A stretch of DNA of 61,864 nt, filler included, from Circinaria calcarea (lineage: Eukaryota), in the NCBI GenBank assembly GCA_051942165.1. It is 8 parts of 8 records of this genome, joined end to end, with 100 filler letters (N's around TTAATTAATTAA, not from the genome) between each part and the next. Parts side by side here need not be neighbours in the genome. Positions count along the whole stretch, not along the records: positions 23,275 to 30,922 come from JAVECS010001276.1; positions 31,023 to 38,665 come from JAVECS010001277.1; 6 more parts are not named here. One strand, 5' to 3'. Positions within the stretch are counted from its first letter, which is position 1; the number at the start of each line of letters is the position of its first letter. Below, in pieces: positions 24,110 to 37,755 of this stretch. The position numbers and the translations under genes were made by a program. The notes beneath the pieces are model-generated. The model worked only from the letters and a program-made list of their open reading frames with translations, ran no database searches and was not told the origin of the DNA.

Positions 24110-26069
24110 TCATATTTTGCCCTCAGCCCTAGCTTCCTTGACCTGCTCAAAAACCTAGGCGGGATTTAGTAGAAGCCCAAATCGCAGACTCGAGCACACA
24201 AACCTTTAGCATCTTCCGTCTCGCCCCGAGTGCATTAACACCGCGATCATCCAGACCTTTATCATCAAGCTCAATCAATTCGGTCCAGTTCATGTCCTTG
24301 AGGTTATCCGTGTATTTGTGAAGTCTCAGACTTCTCAACCAGCTCGGTATATCTTGCAAGAGACTCGGATCGGTTGGATCCTCAGGAGGTTTCGACGTCC
24401 CTCGTTTACCTCTTGGTGAACGTCCTCGCGTCATTTCTGAATGGTCCGATAAATAGCCTTCGTGGCCGCCATGACCCATACCAAATTGCCCAAGACTAAG
24501 TCCGCCCATACCGCTGTTCATGCCCGAGGTGCCATCGTACGCAGCCAAGTAGCCGTTGTTCTGAGGAGAAGCAAATCCAATGCCACCGAAATTACCACCC
24601 TGCATTGCCAGACCGGGAGAATTGGGTCTGGATCTATGACCAGCAAGTGCGGCTTGTTGCTGCATCTGAAGTGCAGCAAGCTGCTGAGCACTGAGAGGCT
24701 GGGAATTCAGCAGTTGCCCACTTTCGTTGACCACTAGGACGTTCGTGCCCGACAGCCCAGGTGACATTGACATTTGCCCTCCGCTTAGTTGACCATCGTT
24801 CGAACGAGCACGCCGGTATTTACGAACGTCATCCAAAGCAATTCTGTTGTTGACCGTCGACAGTGCAGCCAATTTCATTGCAGTTGCATTCGCAACCATG
24901 TCCGCCTGGGTTGCAGTTTGTTGGCTATGGAAGTTTGGGACCATAGGTGTATTGGTCATGGACGCCCAGCTTGCATTGACATTGTACGGGGAAAGCAGAG
25001 GCAGTTCACCAGTACTATGATGCTCAGGAACATTCACGTTAGTGCTCTGCATACCACTGCTACCCGATAAGTGTAATGGGCGAGGAGATCGAAGCCCGGC
25101 AGAAGGAGGCGGCTGAGTGAATTGACCCATCGGCGGCTGACCAGAAGATGATTTTGGTCGAGCCTCTGCATGCCGCTGGCCCCATGGAGAAGACGACGAT
25201 TGCCCCATGTTCTCCTTGTTGACATCGGTAGGCGCCGAGATGGTTGGAGCAACAAGCGATGAGCGGTCAGCGAAAGCAGCACTATTCCGGTTTGATGTAG
25301 GTGCGTTGCCAGTTTGCTGGGTATATTCCGCCTTTTTCTTTGCAATAGCGGCGGCAGCATCAGGAAACATCGCGTTGATGGTTGAAGGGTCTAGGCCAGA
25401 GTTACGCTTGTTACCTGGAGAGGGTGGAGGACGGCCGAGAGGAGTTCGTTGACTCTCGGCACCCAACTTCGTCATGGCATCATTTAGGCGATTCGACATA
25501 GCATCTGGGGCTACGTTAGCTTGAGATTTTAACAGGAAGTAGACAAAGCCCTGACCCTTTTCACCAAAGTTTGCAGGAGAGAGAACTCCAGACATCGGAT
25601 GGCTCTTCGCCATTTCCTGGAGAACTTGGATAAAGAATCGAATCTGCACTTGAGTGGTCTGCTGTAGGAGAGCATATAATGCAGCAGTCCTTTCAGCTTC
25701 ACTAAGGACCTTGAACCATTGCTCAATCGCACTGAGTTCGCCCTTGAAGTCCTGATCAAGAGTGGCGCCCGCCATTTCCTCCAGTGTGTTTTCATATTGA
25801 TCTATATCTGCGATCCATTGCTGTGCAGCCTTGTCCATAGCATCGTCGACAGTGTTCTGATTTTGTGATTGCTGCGATTGATTAAAGTAAACTTCGGAGG
25901 ACGGTCTGATATTCCGTCCAGATAGTGGAGAGGGTGTGAAGGCCGACATATCGGCAGAAGCACGCAGATGGTGTCCATTGCCTACATTTCGTGATGTAGG
26001 AGGCCGAAGCGAAGACTGGGTTGCCTCGGGAGTGCTGTTACGGTTCCCGATGATATGACTGGCCGACAT
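24110..26069 (-). CDS. VTS1: SAM-domain RNA-binding protein Vts1 (Smaug family)
   Basis: [36 protein letters not shown] and SAM domain [18 protein letters not shown]...GARRKMLK. Final exon [14 protein letters not shown] after an intron; a short in-frame intron near 25506-25556. Confidence 0.93.
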
Positions 26070-27142
26070 ATCGATTGGTTCTAAAGGTCGAAAGACGGTT
26101 GTCACCCCTCGAAGGTCGACAAGATACTTCAAGGTACCACTATACAGCGATGTTCTCGACAGGATCCACGAGCGAACAATGTCCCAGGTGGGTGACGGAT
26201 AGTTCAGGCGTGCCGATGTATTGATCACTCCTGCAGTACCTGCTGACCTCAAAGGAGCTTCAAGGGCGGTCGATTCAGATACTTTGACGATAGTCTCGCA
26301 TCAAAACGGTCAGAGGGGAAACTCAAACGGTCAGGCTGTAGGAAGGCAGCTATGAAAGCGAGCAGGATCGTTTGTTGCCAAAGTAGACTCTTGTGCCGAA
26401 ATTGCCAGACCAGTGGCAGGCTGAAGTGGAGTAGGATCGAGGCTGAAGAAGCGAGCTATGAATATGTGTCAAAATGTTGGTGAATGTGCAGTCACGGATG
26501 ACTAACCCAGACGATTGCAGATACGACTCCGAGTGTTCTCAAGTCATGCCACGAAGCTGTGTCGAACGAATGAGGGGAATGTACTTTTGGACAAAAGCAT
26601 CAAGGGAAGTTGAGGTTCTATATAACAATGAAATCGCTGGTCTCCTGCCTCGGTCGGTTGGTGGAAAGATGGGGGTGGAAAGATGAGGGATGGTAGTGGA
26701 CAATGGCATGCTCTATTTTTGGATTTGGTCCCTTCGCCGTGAACGGCTTCTACAAGTAATAATCCGTAAAGGCCGTGTTGTGTTAGAAACCCCTGAGAGC
26801 TGATAATATTATCCAACCACGCCAGTGACTTGTATTATGTATGCCTCCTATCCTGCACGGTCGACTCCGGGGAACTGAGCAGTTGTGCACTGGTATTTTC
26901 CGCACGCTGAGCATGCCTGTTCTAGTTACTCGAACGTTTGGTATCGTGCAATAATTACTTTCCTTTAACTTCCCCCCTACAGAACCGCATACGGACCATT
27001 TATCTCATGACTACTCGCGCTACCACTTTGTCATGTGTTTCTCTACCCAAGTATTGCAACCTCCAGTGTGTATACATGTTTTTGTGAAGACCAAAACATG
27101 TGACCTAATACCCATCAACACGACCACCTGAACCACACAGTC

Positions 27143-30100
27143 ATGTCGGGAGGACACGAATATCCTGATCCAGACTATGTTCCACGATTCCCATGGCTGG
27201 GATATCAGGACCACGGAGCTTCAACCGAAGATCTGGGGCATCATCCATTCAGCACCAGGCCTACATCTCCAGAAGAATTCGTTTTACGTGACCCAGATGC
27301 CGAGAAAGCCAAGCACATTGCAGACGGGCCTGGCCAAGATCGCTCCCCTGATCCTGACTATCATTACCAAGAAGACAGTGCGAAGTAAGCTTGCATAGAT
27401 GATACTTCTGAGACTCCACATTCTCACAACAAGACAGAAGTGACGAGCTCATTTCGGAAGCAGAGTCGGACCTGAGTGGCAATGTACCATCACCAGGACG
27501 AGGAAGTGGCCGCGGTCGAACAGGTCGATCACGGGGTCGCGGTCGGCGAGGTAGAGGACGTGGCGGGCGTCAAGGCCGAGGCGGGAGAGGAATTAAAAAG
27601 GGCCCACGTAAACCGCTGGAGCCGAGCTATGAATTCAAAACGCTTCACTCGCAAGCCACTTTGGCCTTCCTCGATCATCATTATGACAAAGCCGAGGAGT
27701 ATGTACAAGGAGCAATCCGCAACAATCCAGAAATGTTTTCCGCCCACGCCTTGTTGTCGGAGATACATTTGGCAAGAGGCGACAACGATAGAGCGCTTAC
27801 CGCCCTCTTTCATGGTGCCCATACCAGACCCAGGGACACGGAAGTGTGGACCAAGGTTGCCGAGCTAATTTTGGAACGAGCTGGTGATGATAGGCTTTCT
27901 GGTGTCCGCGACGCTATATACTGCTATAATCGTGTCATCGGTGTAGACCCAGCTCAAGTCGAAGCGCGCTATCGAAGGGCAGCCTTGAACCTCGAACGTG
28001 GGCACAAAGGCAAAGCGGCTTATGACTATGAGCGGCTGCTCAAGCTATTACCCCATGACACAACCGTCCTTCGCCACATGGCTGAAGCATTCAATGAAAT
28101 AGGCGATACGGAACGTGCCATCTCACACTTTGAAGAAGCGATCGCACACTATCAGTCAGTGGAACCTAGGGTGGTGACAAGCTTTACGTGGTCTGATGGC
28201 AACATATACGCGGAACTCCTTACATATTCGGACCAACCGAGCAGAGGGATTGCCAAATTGAAGTCTCTCTGCCGTTGGCTGCTCGGTCGAGGACAGGAAG
28301 TGTTCTGGGACAAATATACCGACGATGATAGAGAGTTCGATGCTGATGATCAACCACGCCGTAACGAGGTGCCCGAGTTTATATGTGGCAAATATGGACG
28401 GTCAGGATATGGTGAAGGTCTACCCCTGGAGCTACGCGTCAAATTAGGTATACTCCGTCTGAAGGCAGAGAATTCAGAATTCGAGGAAGCAATGGTAACT
28501 CGATCTACCAATCATAGTAGCGTCATGCTGAGTTATTTGCAGAATCACTTCGAATGGCTAGAGCCTGATGATGACCGACCGGAAGGTAAACTCTTCGACT
28601 ACCCTGACCTGTTTCGTAATGTGGCAGACGCGCTCTGCGAGCAGAAACGTTTTGATGAAGCACTTCGATTTTTTGAACCGGTACAACAAGTAAGCGACTA
28701 TACAGACACTGCCTACTTCAGTGGAATGGCAAGCTGTTATCGAGCGCTTGGTTTGTACAGCGAGGCCGAAGACTGTTACCGGGAAATCCTACGGAATGAT
28801 GATGGCAACCTCAACATTCGTGTCCAGTTGGTAAAGATGTTTGAAGACGCTGACATGCCAGATCGAGCTTCATCCTACACATCCCAGATTGCTAGGATTA
28901 CTCATGAAGAGTTGAAGCCACGAAAAAGGGCTAGAATTGCGGCCAAGGGACTTTCTGCAGAGCGCTCTCCTGATGTACCGAACGCTTCTGGCTCGCCCTG
29001 CGTCACATCCATGCTTGAACCTCCACCAGCTCCTAAACCAACCAAGAAATCTACGTCGGAGCGCAGAATTCGAGAGATGGGGGAGCACGGTGAATTACAG
29101 GTCCTGTTTCTTCAGATGCAGGCTCTCAAAGAAAAGTTCCATGAGAGCGATGATTCATTCGAGCTTGAGTGGATGAGAAATGCCAAGGTTCTTATCGAGG
29201 ACTTCAGAAGAAGAAAAGTGTTCTTTCCCTTTGACAAACATGTCAAATTCTTTGGCTACACTCCTGAAGCACGAATGAAATCTACAAGGTCCAAGGCGAG
29301 TCAAGCTTTACTGACGATTGAGAGACAGCGGAATGATACGCCAGGTTTATAAGTCCAGCTCCGTTTGACTATGAGTCATCGACTAATGTTGATATATAGA
29401 GGATATGGAAAGCGACAATTCGTCGATACCTAATGAGTACTGTGGTATTACCTTTGAGAACTGGCTGGACATTTTTCTCGAATGCGGATTGCTTCTAACT
29501 AAACATGGTGAAGTCAGCTCTGCTTATGACATTATTTCAGCAGCATCCAGAGCCAACGTATTCTATCACTCTCCACACTACTTGTTCCGTGTTCATGTCT
29601 GTTGGTTCAGTATGTTATATGAATCCTGGATGCTGAACGAAGCTAATCTATGTTACAGCTTGCGCCTTACTCGCAGACGATGCAGAAACCCTCTGTAACG
29701 TTGCCAGGTACTTCATGAAAACATTTCAGTTCGTTACCGACAGCTATCGCTTGTATACATCGCTAAACAGATTATGCAATGGACCACGCTTGTGTTTCAA
29801 CGCTCCTCCATCACAGAAATATCTTCTACGTCAAGTAAAGGCCATGGATAATTGTCTGATACAAGAAGATCAATCAAAGACGTTGTTCCAGGAGAGAGCA
29901 CCTTGCACAATGAAAGATGACGAGGGCAATCCAATCAAAGCCGAGGAACTGGACGTTGGGCTACTTGTTCTGTACGGCCATGTTTTATATGCAGGAACGA
30001 GTTATGCATTCGCCCTAAGTAAGCCAAGCCTACCAAGAGGCAAATGTACCCTTGAGCAATTGTTCCGTCATAGCTAACTGGAAGACATAGACTACTACTT

Positions 30101-30512
30101 CCGTGCATATGCGTTGGATCCTACAAACCCGATGATCAAGTTATCATTGGGCCTGGCATACATACACTACGCACTCAAGAGGCAATCTGAGAACCGTCAC
30201 TATCTCATCATGCAAGGCTTTTCCTTTTTGCAGAATTACTACAATGACCGCCAAATGTCGAGAGTTCTCAGTGAGCGGCAGGAGGCCGAGTTTAATCTGG
30301 GCAGGGCCCATCATATGCTGGGATTGACACATCTGGCGATACCATACTATGAGCGGTGTTTGGACTTAAGTCGAGCGTTTGGTGGTGGAGGATCACAAAG
30401 CTATCTGGAGGACTTTGCACAAGATGCGGCTTTTACTTTACAGGGTATTTGGGCTGCCAGCGGGCGAATGGAATTGGCGCAGGCGGTGACGGAGAGATGG
30501 CTGGTGATTTGA
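27143..30512 (+). CDS. TFC4: RNA polymerase III factor TFIIIC TPR subunit (Tfc4/tau131), multi-exon
   Basis: RG-rich N-terminus, TPR array, LPLELRVKLG and C-terminal KRQSENRHYLIMQG...QEAEFNLGRAHHMLGLTHLAIPYYERCL. The ORF pieces are separated by GT-AG introns. Confidence 0.88.
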
Positions 30513-31022
30513 GCTGGGATATCACAAGGGTTTCGCGGACTGTATTTAACGGGTCTTCGACTGCTTGAGGAAGCATAGATACCGAGCTGATTTGAGGTTT
30601 AGATTATGCGTCTTTCTACGTAGCGTTGCACCGATATTGTCCATGAATACGGATATATCCTAACGGAGGAAAAAAAGACATATGTGTACGTTGCTTGTAG
30701 TCTAGGGATAGCTGGGATTTTTGGCAGTAAGCGTCTGTATGGGTAGCATGTAACCGCTGCTGATTCCCAGATTCTCATTAAAGTCGGAACGACTCTTCGA
30801 AGTCGGGCGCCCAGCCATGGGTCATGTGAAATCTGCGCTCAGTGCGAAAACAATCAAGCCACAGGTTTCTGCAGGATTGCCATAGTAATGTGAGATAGTA
30901 CCGGCGCTCGAATGTAGAGGAANNNNNNNNNNNNNNNNNNNNNNNNNNNNNNNNNNNNNNNNNNNNTTAATTAATTAANNNNNNNNNNNNNNNNNNNNNN
31001 NNNNNNNNNNNNNNNNNNNNNN

Positions 31023-33160
31023 TGGAGGAGGCCACCATCGATCAACTCCAAGCCGCTATGATCCATGGCCGATTGAAGTCGGTACAGTTGGTGAGGTGTT
31101 ACTTGCAGCGAATAGCTCAGACAAATGAATATCTTCAGTATGCATGTCCCCTCCCGCTACCAACATCCCCTTGTTGCAGTGAAGTTGGGTCTTACAACAG
31201 CAATACTGACGTTCTGCCACAGTGCCGTCTTGGAACTCAATCCGGATGCTCAACAAATCGCAGCTAAACTCGACGCTGAACGCGCAACCGGCCGTACTCG
31301 GGGACCTCTCCATGGCATTCCGTTCCTCGTTAAAGATAATATCGCTTCGAAAGACCAGATGGAGACCACCGCGGGCAGTTGGGCGCTCCTAGGTTCTGTT
31401 GTCCCGCGGGACTCGTTCGTTGTCCATCGGTTACGAGAGGCTGGTGCTGTGTTACTGGGAAAAGCAGCTTTGAGCGAATGGGCAGATATGCGGAGCAGTC
31501 TTTATTCGGAAGGTTATTCGCCTCGAGGTGGCCAGTCGAGGAGCCCCTACAATCTTACGGTTAATCCCGGAGGAAGTAGCTCCGGAAGTGCGATTGCCGT
31601 TGCAGCAAATTTGTGCGCTTTTGCACTTGGAACGGAAACCGATGGGAGTGGTGAGCGCCTACTCCCCGAAATTGAGTTGGGAATACCTTCGAATACTCTA
31701 CTAATTCCCTTTCGCTACGTAGTGATAAACCCAGCAGAGAGAAATAATTTAGTCGGTATAAAACCCACTGTTGGTCTAACTTCTCGAGCTGGGTACGTCC
31801 CTCTTAAGGATTACCGTATCTTCAACACGCTTACTAATACTAACTTGTTGGTTTAAGCGTCATACCCGAAAGCATACATCTGGACACCATTGGTACATTT
31901 GGCCGCACAGTTCGAGATGCCGTTCTAGCGCTAGATGGCATTTACGGGGTTGATTCTCGAGACAACTACACAGCCGGGCAGGTCGGGCGGACCCCTGCTG
32001 AAGGCTATAGTCAATTCTTGAGAAAGAAATCGGCGTTGAGAGGCGCTGTTTTTGGGTTGCCTTGGAAGAGCTTTTGGGCACTCGCAGATCCCTTACAACG
32101 AAAGCAGTTACTTGAATTAATCAGTCTTATCGAGGGAGCCGGCGCGAAGATCATCAACGGAACCGAGCTGCCAAATTACCAAAGGATCGTAAGCCCGAAT
32201 GGGTGGAATTGGTAAGACTTTCCAGGATCTCCCAGATATTGCATGAAGCTGACTAGTTCTTCTTTTAGGGATTACGGTACAACTCGTGGCTACCCAAATG
32301 AATCAGAATTTACGGTCGTTAAGGTGATAATCTAGCGGATGGGATCTGGAATGCAATTACTAACTCACTAATAGGTTGACTTTTATAATAATATTAAGAC
32401 GTACTTGTCGGAATTACAGAATACCGGCATAAGGTCGCTCGAAGATATCGTTGAGTGAGTGTCGGGTTGGCTTATCAACAAGAGTTCTAGACCACCGAGC
32501 TGATAACCTTGCTCAGTTATAATAATAAAAACGTTGGCACGGAAGGTGGCATGCCAGGCGTGAATCCAGCCTTTGAGTCCGGTCAAGACGCTTTTCTAGA
32601 ATCGCTAGAGACCAAAGGTCACAACCTCTTAACATCCATGAAATGATCTTCAGAGTTTCTTTACTGATTGTTCTCACGTCTTGGTTTAGGTGTCATGGAT
32701 GAAACTTACTGGCAGGCTCTTGCCTTTACTCAGAGGTCGACACGGGAAGACGGGATTGATGCCGCCCTGCGCCATAGTGGAACGAAAATCGACGCGTTGC
32801 TCGTCCCTCCGGACGTGGGCCAGACATATCAGATCGCAGCTCAAGCAGGTAAGCACAGCTCCCCTGGGGTTCTCGGCCAAGTCAACCCACCCCGACCCCA
32901 AACTCTGACAAGTTAAACAACTCACCAATTGACGCTTTCCCACAGGCTATCCCGTCATCACTGTTCCGGCCGGAGTCAACGCAGAAAGCCACATGCCGTA
33001 TGGTCTTGCCTTGATGAACACGGCCTGGTCGGAACCCACGCTGATCAAGTACGCGTCGGCCATTGAAGACTTGCAGCTCAGCTCGGGAACTATATATAAG
33101 CGGACGTTACCGCAGTGGTACGGGTATTTGGAGAGGAATATTCCTGTGATTAACGCTTGA
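31023..33160 (+). CDS. Amidase-signature family protein, multi-exon, 5' truncated
   Basis: EEATIDQLQ, GPLHGIPFLVKDN, GGSSSGS, GTETDGS and GIKPTVGLTSR; ends IPVINA* at 33160. Confidence 0.92.
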
Positions 33161-34252
33161 GGGCAGGCAGAAGGGTGGGAAGTAAATATGTACTATAAAC
33201 ATAAATTCAAAAAGTTACGTCTAACGGGAGTCACTGGACCCTAATTTTGTTCAGAGAATCCCTTGGCATCATCACCTGACAGTACAAAGGGGGCGGGGCT
33301 TTCAGCCTCCGCGTACATGGACGGTATGCCACGGCTTTCGTGCGTGGCGACTGAAACCCCTTCTTTGTAGGAGAGCGACTTGGTAGTAAGGCGCCCAACA
33401 GGTGCCGGAGTCTAGATTACCGAGGTAGCTATTCGCTGGCAACATCGCGAAGGGGACGATACGACTGGTTGCTGACTATGTACCTGACAAATGCAAATTA
33501 GAGATCCAGTGAGACCATGCGTGATGCAGATTGCCACGTTCTGTGGCGTAACTCTCCTTCTTGGCCTCAGCTTTCGGGGATTGGCCGAGCCCTACAATTC
33601 TTGGCAATGAGGGCGAGCCGCCGGATAGAAAGTTTCCCTTTGGACTAGGCCGCTGCAGAGTCAACAAGTAGGCTAACAAAGACGGTAAGGCTGTACTGGG
33701 TAAATCTTGCTGGCCCAATGGATTGGCCTGGATTCAAATAAAGGGACACCCCCTAGTGCTTTCCCATGTGGTACGACATGAGGCTCATTGTTATTTCAAG
33801 CGTGAAACCACACTTTCTCCTAGATGACAGACGATGGCAATGCCCCAAAGGCAGTCATCATTGCTGTGCAGTGGCAATGAACCTGGCATCGAGTCTGTCT
33901 GACCACGTTGAAGGGAAATGCTGACGCACCTGACCAAAAACCGAGATCCTTTGCGGCTGAGAATGGTTCGACGCCAGGAGCCTGGCTACAACCAAAATTC
34001 CGGACATGGCCCGACGTGAAGATGTATAGAAACAGCTGCTTCTGCCGGCTTCCGTTCATACTACTCAGAATAACCCATGGCAGTGTTTTGTATATCTGCT
34101 TCATTTCCGCTGCCGCTTGCGGTAATCATTTCCTTCCACCTGCTCGGCTTTTCTGTGTACAAGCAAGAGCTAGACGTCTGACAGCTGCCCTAATCCCTTC
34201 AATTTTCCCTTCTAATTATATCTGGAAGTTACCGCCGCGGTTTGGCAAGAAT

Positions 34253-36628
34253 ATGACAACGAATTTCACACTCTGCGCAGAGAGGTTCGGCAGGAACGAA
34301 GGTGGTATCGCTACCAAGTACAGCTATACGGGGCCAGTTAGCGGAATATTCGCGAACTCTTCTCCCAAGCCCTCACTCTTCACGTTAGAAGGTTGCCACA
34401 ACGAGTGTGGCACTGGGAATGACTACTATCCTTGGTCTCGTTCGTCAGGAACAATCTCTACGTGGGTCTTGCCAATCCTAGGCCTGCTTCTCCAGGCGCC
34501 GTACGAAAGTAATGCGTTCCGCGACACATTGTACGCAATTGCCAGGTGGCTGGGTTCCCCGATAGCATCACTATCTTATATGCTCTGGAATATCAAGGTT
34601 ACCGCAAAATGTGCGTTGATGGTGGATATGGCGACTCCATATGAAGATGTACCGGAGGATGAGTACTCTCAATTCGCCCAGATGCGGGACTCCTTCTATA
34701 TCCTCAGTGTGATGAATCAATACTCGATGAAATCAAAGATGCCTACAGTAGAGGCAGAGAAGCTATTAAGAGTGGCGCTGTTCAGTGACAGCTTGCAGTT
34801 GGAGATGGTAGAAGATGAGACCCGCAACCTAGTCGAGCGCCGGCGGAAACTCGCAAAGAGTTTACGGGAACTACGCAGGAAGGGGGCAGTGCCTGCTTTT
34901 ACATCTCTGCTATGGTTCTTATACTCGCTGGCGGTTTCAGTACAAGTTGGTGATTGCTCCTAGCAGCCAGAGTTCTTTTATGATAGCTAATAAAACCAAT
35001 CAGCATTCGATCAAGCTGGCGACAACGCAACGGCTCACAACCTTGCAATCGGACTCCTCCTTGCATGGCTACCAGTCTTCATTTTATGCTCGATTGTGGA
35101 TCGTAATCCAATCGCTCCAGATATCATCCGTCTCAAGCTTAACCGACTGCTAGATGCAGTCCGTAGAGCCCTCCTCAACCCTGGTTTACGGGATACCTAC
35201 ATCCGGGAGACAGGACGTGCACCGGAAGAACTCACTTGGACGTCAGAGCTTAGTAACGAAAACCACTTTCACGACTTCTTCGAGAAATTCGCTGGCCAAG
35301 GTCGTATACGTTGGCATTATGGCGTCGCACATCCGATCCTGACGGGCATCGAGGATGGTTATGTGACAGAATACGGACGAGGTTGGCTGAATGATGCCGA
35401 AGAAGTGCGAACAGCCTTTGTCAAAGGTCCCGTTTCAATAAGGGGCTTACGCCGGTTCGATTTTCGGGAAGTCTGGCAGATCATGGCTTCAATTTCCATT
35501 GTTGGTGGTTCTATAGGGGGGGCATTCGTTTTATCCTACTACACTCCCACTGTCGGTCTAGGTTGCCGGACTGGTGGCTATCTCGTATATATCGTCGTCG
35601 CCGTTAGCCTCTTTATTTTTGAAATGCTTTGCTGGCTACTAATCTCTCAGGGATTCTTGACGGCAGGGGACCCTATAACTAAGTTTGGTATCAGTGTTCA
35701 ACGCCGACTGTCCCGCACGCCCAGCAATTTGTGGATCGTGACAGCGAGACATTGGATGCACAAGCTTATCTCCATGTGGACGGGTCTAAGTACTTGGGAC
35801 AAGATTGAGTATCTTCTGATACGACCGGGCGAGATGTTCAACTTGGTATGGCTATGCTACATAGTACTTGCTCAGACTTTTGGATTCTATCAGAACTGTG
35901 ATTGCCTTGCAAGCACGTAGGTACCGATAACTCCTTACTTCACTTTTCATATTGTTAATTTATCCTCAAGGTGGTCCTTGGGCTCCGGAGGCTACGTGGA
36001 TTTCGAAGTAAGGATTGCTTATCGCAAATATCGGATTAGAACCTGCTGATTTTGTGCTAAGAGTTATGATTACTACCGCTCGAACAGAGAAATCTTTTAC
36101 TACTGGGGCTTAGGTACTGGTTTAAGCATGCTTGTGATGGGGGTATCCTTTTTCTTCATAATAGTGGAATGGTGCACGCAAAGCCATCTCAGCACCGAGG
36201 ACTACCAAAAAGCGACACAAGGCCTGCGAACAACCCGGCGATATAGAAAGTACACCTTATATATCAGAGACATCAAAGGCCATGCCATCAAACTTGCTAA
36301 ATATCTATGGTACCGTGGAGCAAGAAGTAGCTCCCCCCATCCATACCATAAGACTCGAAGATCTTTGGCCTGGACAAGCAAGGTGAAGCAACAGAAAACT
36401 AGGCCTCTAGATTTGCCGATAATCATAGAAGGTCATGAGCCGAGATCCGGAACTCCGCTCGGCGACGAGCAAGAAGTTTTGCTGGAAAGAGGCAAGGATA
36501 ATGCAGACTCGGGCTTCGTTCTACAGAGAATGAGCACAACACATTCACGATCTCATCATTCAAGCTTCACAGAAGACCGTCCAGATATACTAGTGCTGTC
36601 TCCGCTGCGCCAAGGCGACTTCTGTTAA
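34253..36628 (+). CDS. Multi-pass membrane protein of unknown function, multi-exon
   Basis: Long same-strand ORFs joined by introns with several hydrophobic helices (TWVLPILGLLLQAP, FVLSYYTPTVGLGCRTGGYLVY). Confidence 0.75.
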
Positions 36629-36768
36629 GTGCCTGTGGACTGACATCGGATTTGGTACTATCTATTCAGTATTTCATCAGCTATGATATCAAAACCCTTT
36701 CAAAAGCATGCACGCTAAATCATCTACCAACGGGTTCGAACATCTCCGTACAGTTGAGCTCAGCTAGC

Positions 36769-37755
36769 TTAAAAGTGTCTCTGGATCCCGCATGTTGACA
36801 GCATTCTCTCATACGAATCCAAGTTGACAGTGCAGCCCTCCCGAGTCTTAACCTCTATAATCTCCACCAAAGTCTTGTTTGCTGAATCTTGTAAGAGTCC
36901 CTCGAAGGTTCTTCGTATCCACAGATTCAGAAAGGTGCCGTGCTGATTGTTCGGATTGGGTTCTCTTTCCTTTCTGATGTGAGCGAACGCGTCGTCATAG
37001 GCTTGCCGAAGGTTGCGGTCAAGCATCCATATCATCCAATCTTGAATCCCGGATCCTGAACAGCGATCTCCAAAATGTTCGGTGTGCAGGTGCAAAAGTA
37101 CCAGCAGCTGATGGACGGCTAGCTTCTTCCGATCAGCACGAATGCTGTTTGCCTCCTCTGGCACAGAGACGGGTATCAAATCGTTTTCTTCCTCCTCAGT
37201 ATACCATATCATGTCCTCCCTATCACAAGTTACCTCATCACCGACTGAGAACTTTGTCAGGGGAAGGAAGCTGTGAAAGTTGGTATCTGCTGCGGAAGAA
37301 GTCGTCTGCGGCACTATCTTGAGAGACCAGTGAGCATTACCTTCGATATCTCGCGAGGTCTGGAACTTCTCGTTGTCAAAAGAGGATTTCGTCGGTCGAG
37401 AAGAGATGTGTAAGTTCTTATCTACTGGAGAAGAGTTATGTAAGTCATGGTCTGCTGGAAGAGAGTTGTGTAAGTCGTCGTTTGCGGAAAAAGAGTTGTG
37501 TAAGTGGTTGTGTGCTGGAGAAGAATACTGGAAGTCGTTGTCTGCTGGAAAATAGTTGTGTCGGTTATTACGTGCAGGGAAATAGTTGTGTGAGTCGCTA
37601 TTTGCTCGAAAGTAGTTGTGTACGTCGTCATCTGCTTGGAAAGAGTTGTGAAAGTGGTTGTCTGCTGGGAAAGGCCATGTCTCTGACAACGTTGTACGTG
37701 GTGTATGAGGGCTTTGGGAACCATGAGCAAGATCTTGCGAGTCGGAAGGCCCCAT
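36769..37755 (-). CDS. Orphan ~328-aa protein with a decapeptide tandem repeat
   Basis: Single long open frame with repeats HNSFQADDDV/HNYFPADNDF/HNSLPADHDL and others. Start uncertain. Confidence 0.6.
   Translation of the reverse strand: MGPSDSQDLAHGSQSPHTPRTTLSETWPFPADNHFHNSFQADDDVHNYFRANSDSHNYFPARNNRHNYFPADNDFQYSSPAHNHLHNSFSANDDLHNSLPADHDLHNSSPVDKNLHISSRPTKSSFDNEKFQTSRDIEGNAHWSLKIVPQTTSSAADTNFHSFLPLTKFSVGDEVTCDREDMIWYTEEEENDLIPVSVPEEANSIRADRKKLAVHQLLVLLHLHTEHFGDRCSGSGIQDWMIWMLDRNLRQAYDDAFAHIRKEREPNPNNQHGTFLNLWIRRTFEGLLQDSANKTLVEIIEVKTREGCTVNLDSYERMLSTCGIQRHF
37395..37675 (-). repeat. About 9 copies of a 30-bp coding minisatellite (consensus peptide HNSFPADNDL)
   Basis: AGTTGTG/TCTGCTGG motifs recur every 30 nt on the plus strand. 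Confidence 0.9.

Noticed and set aside
27143..30512. TFIIIC subunit gene in the same window as the unusual tRNA, suggesting a linked system
   Set aside because: They are on different contigs joined only by size sorting.
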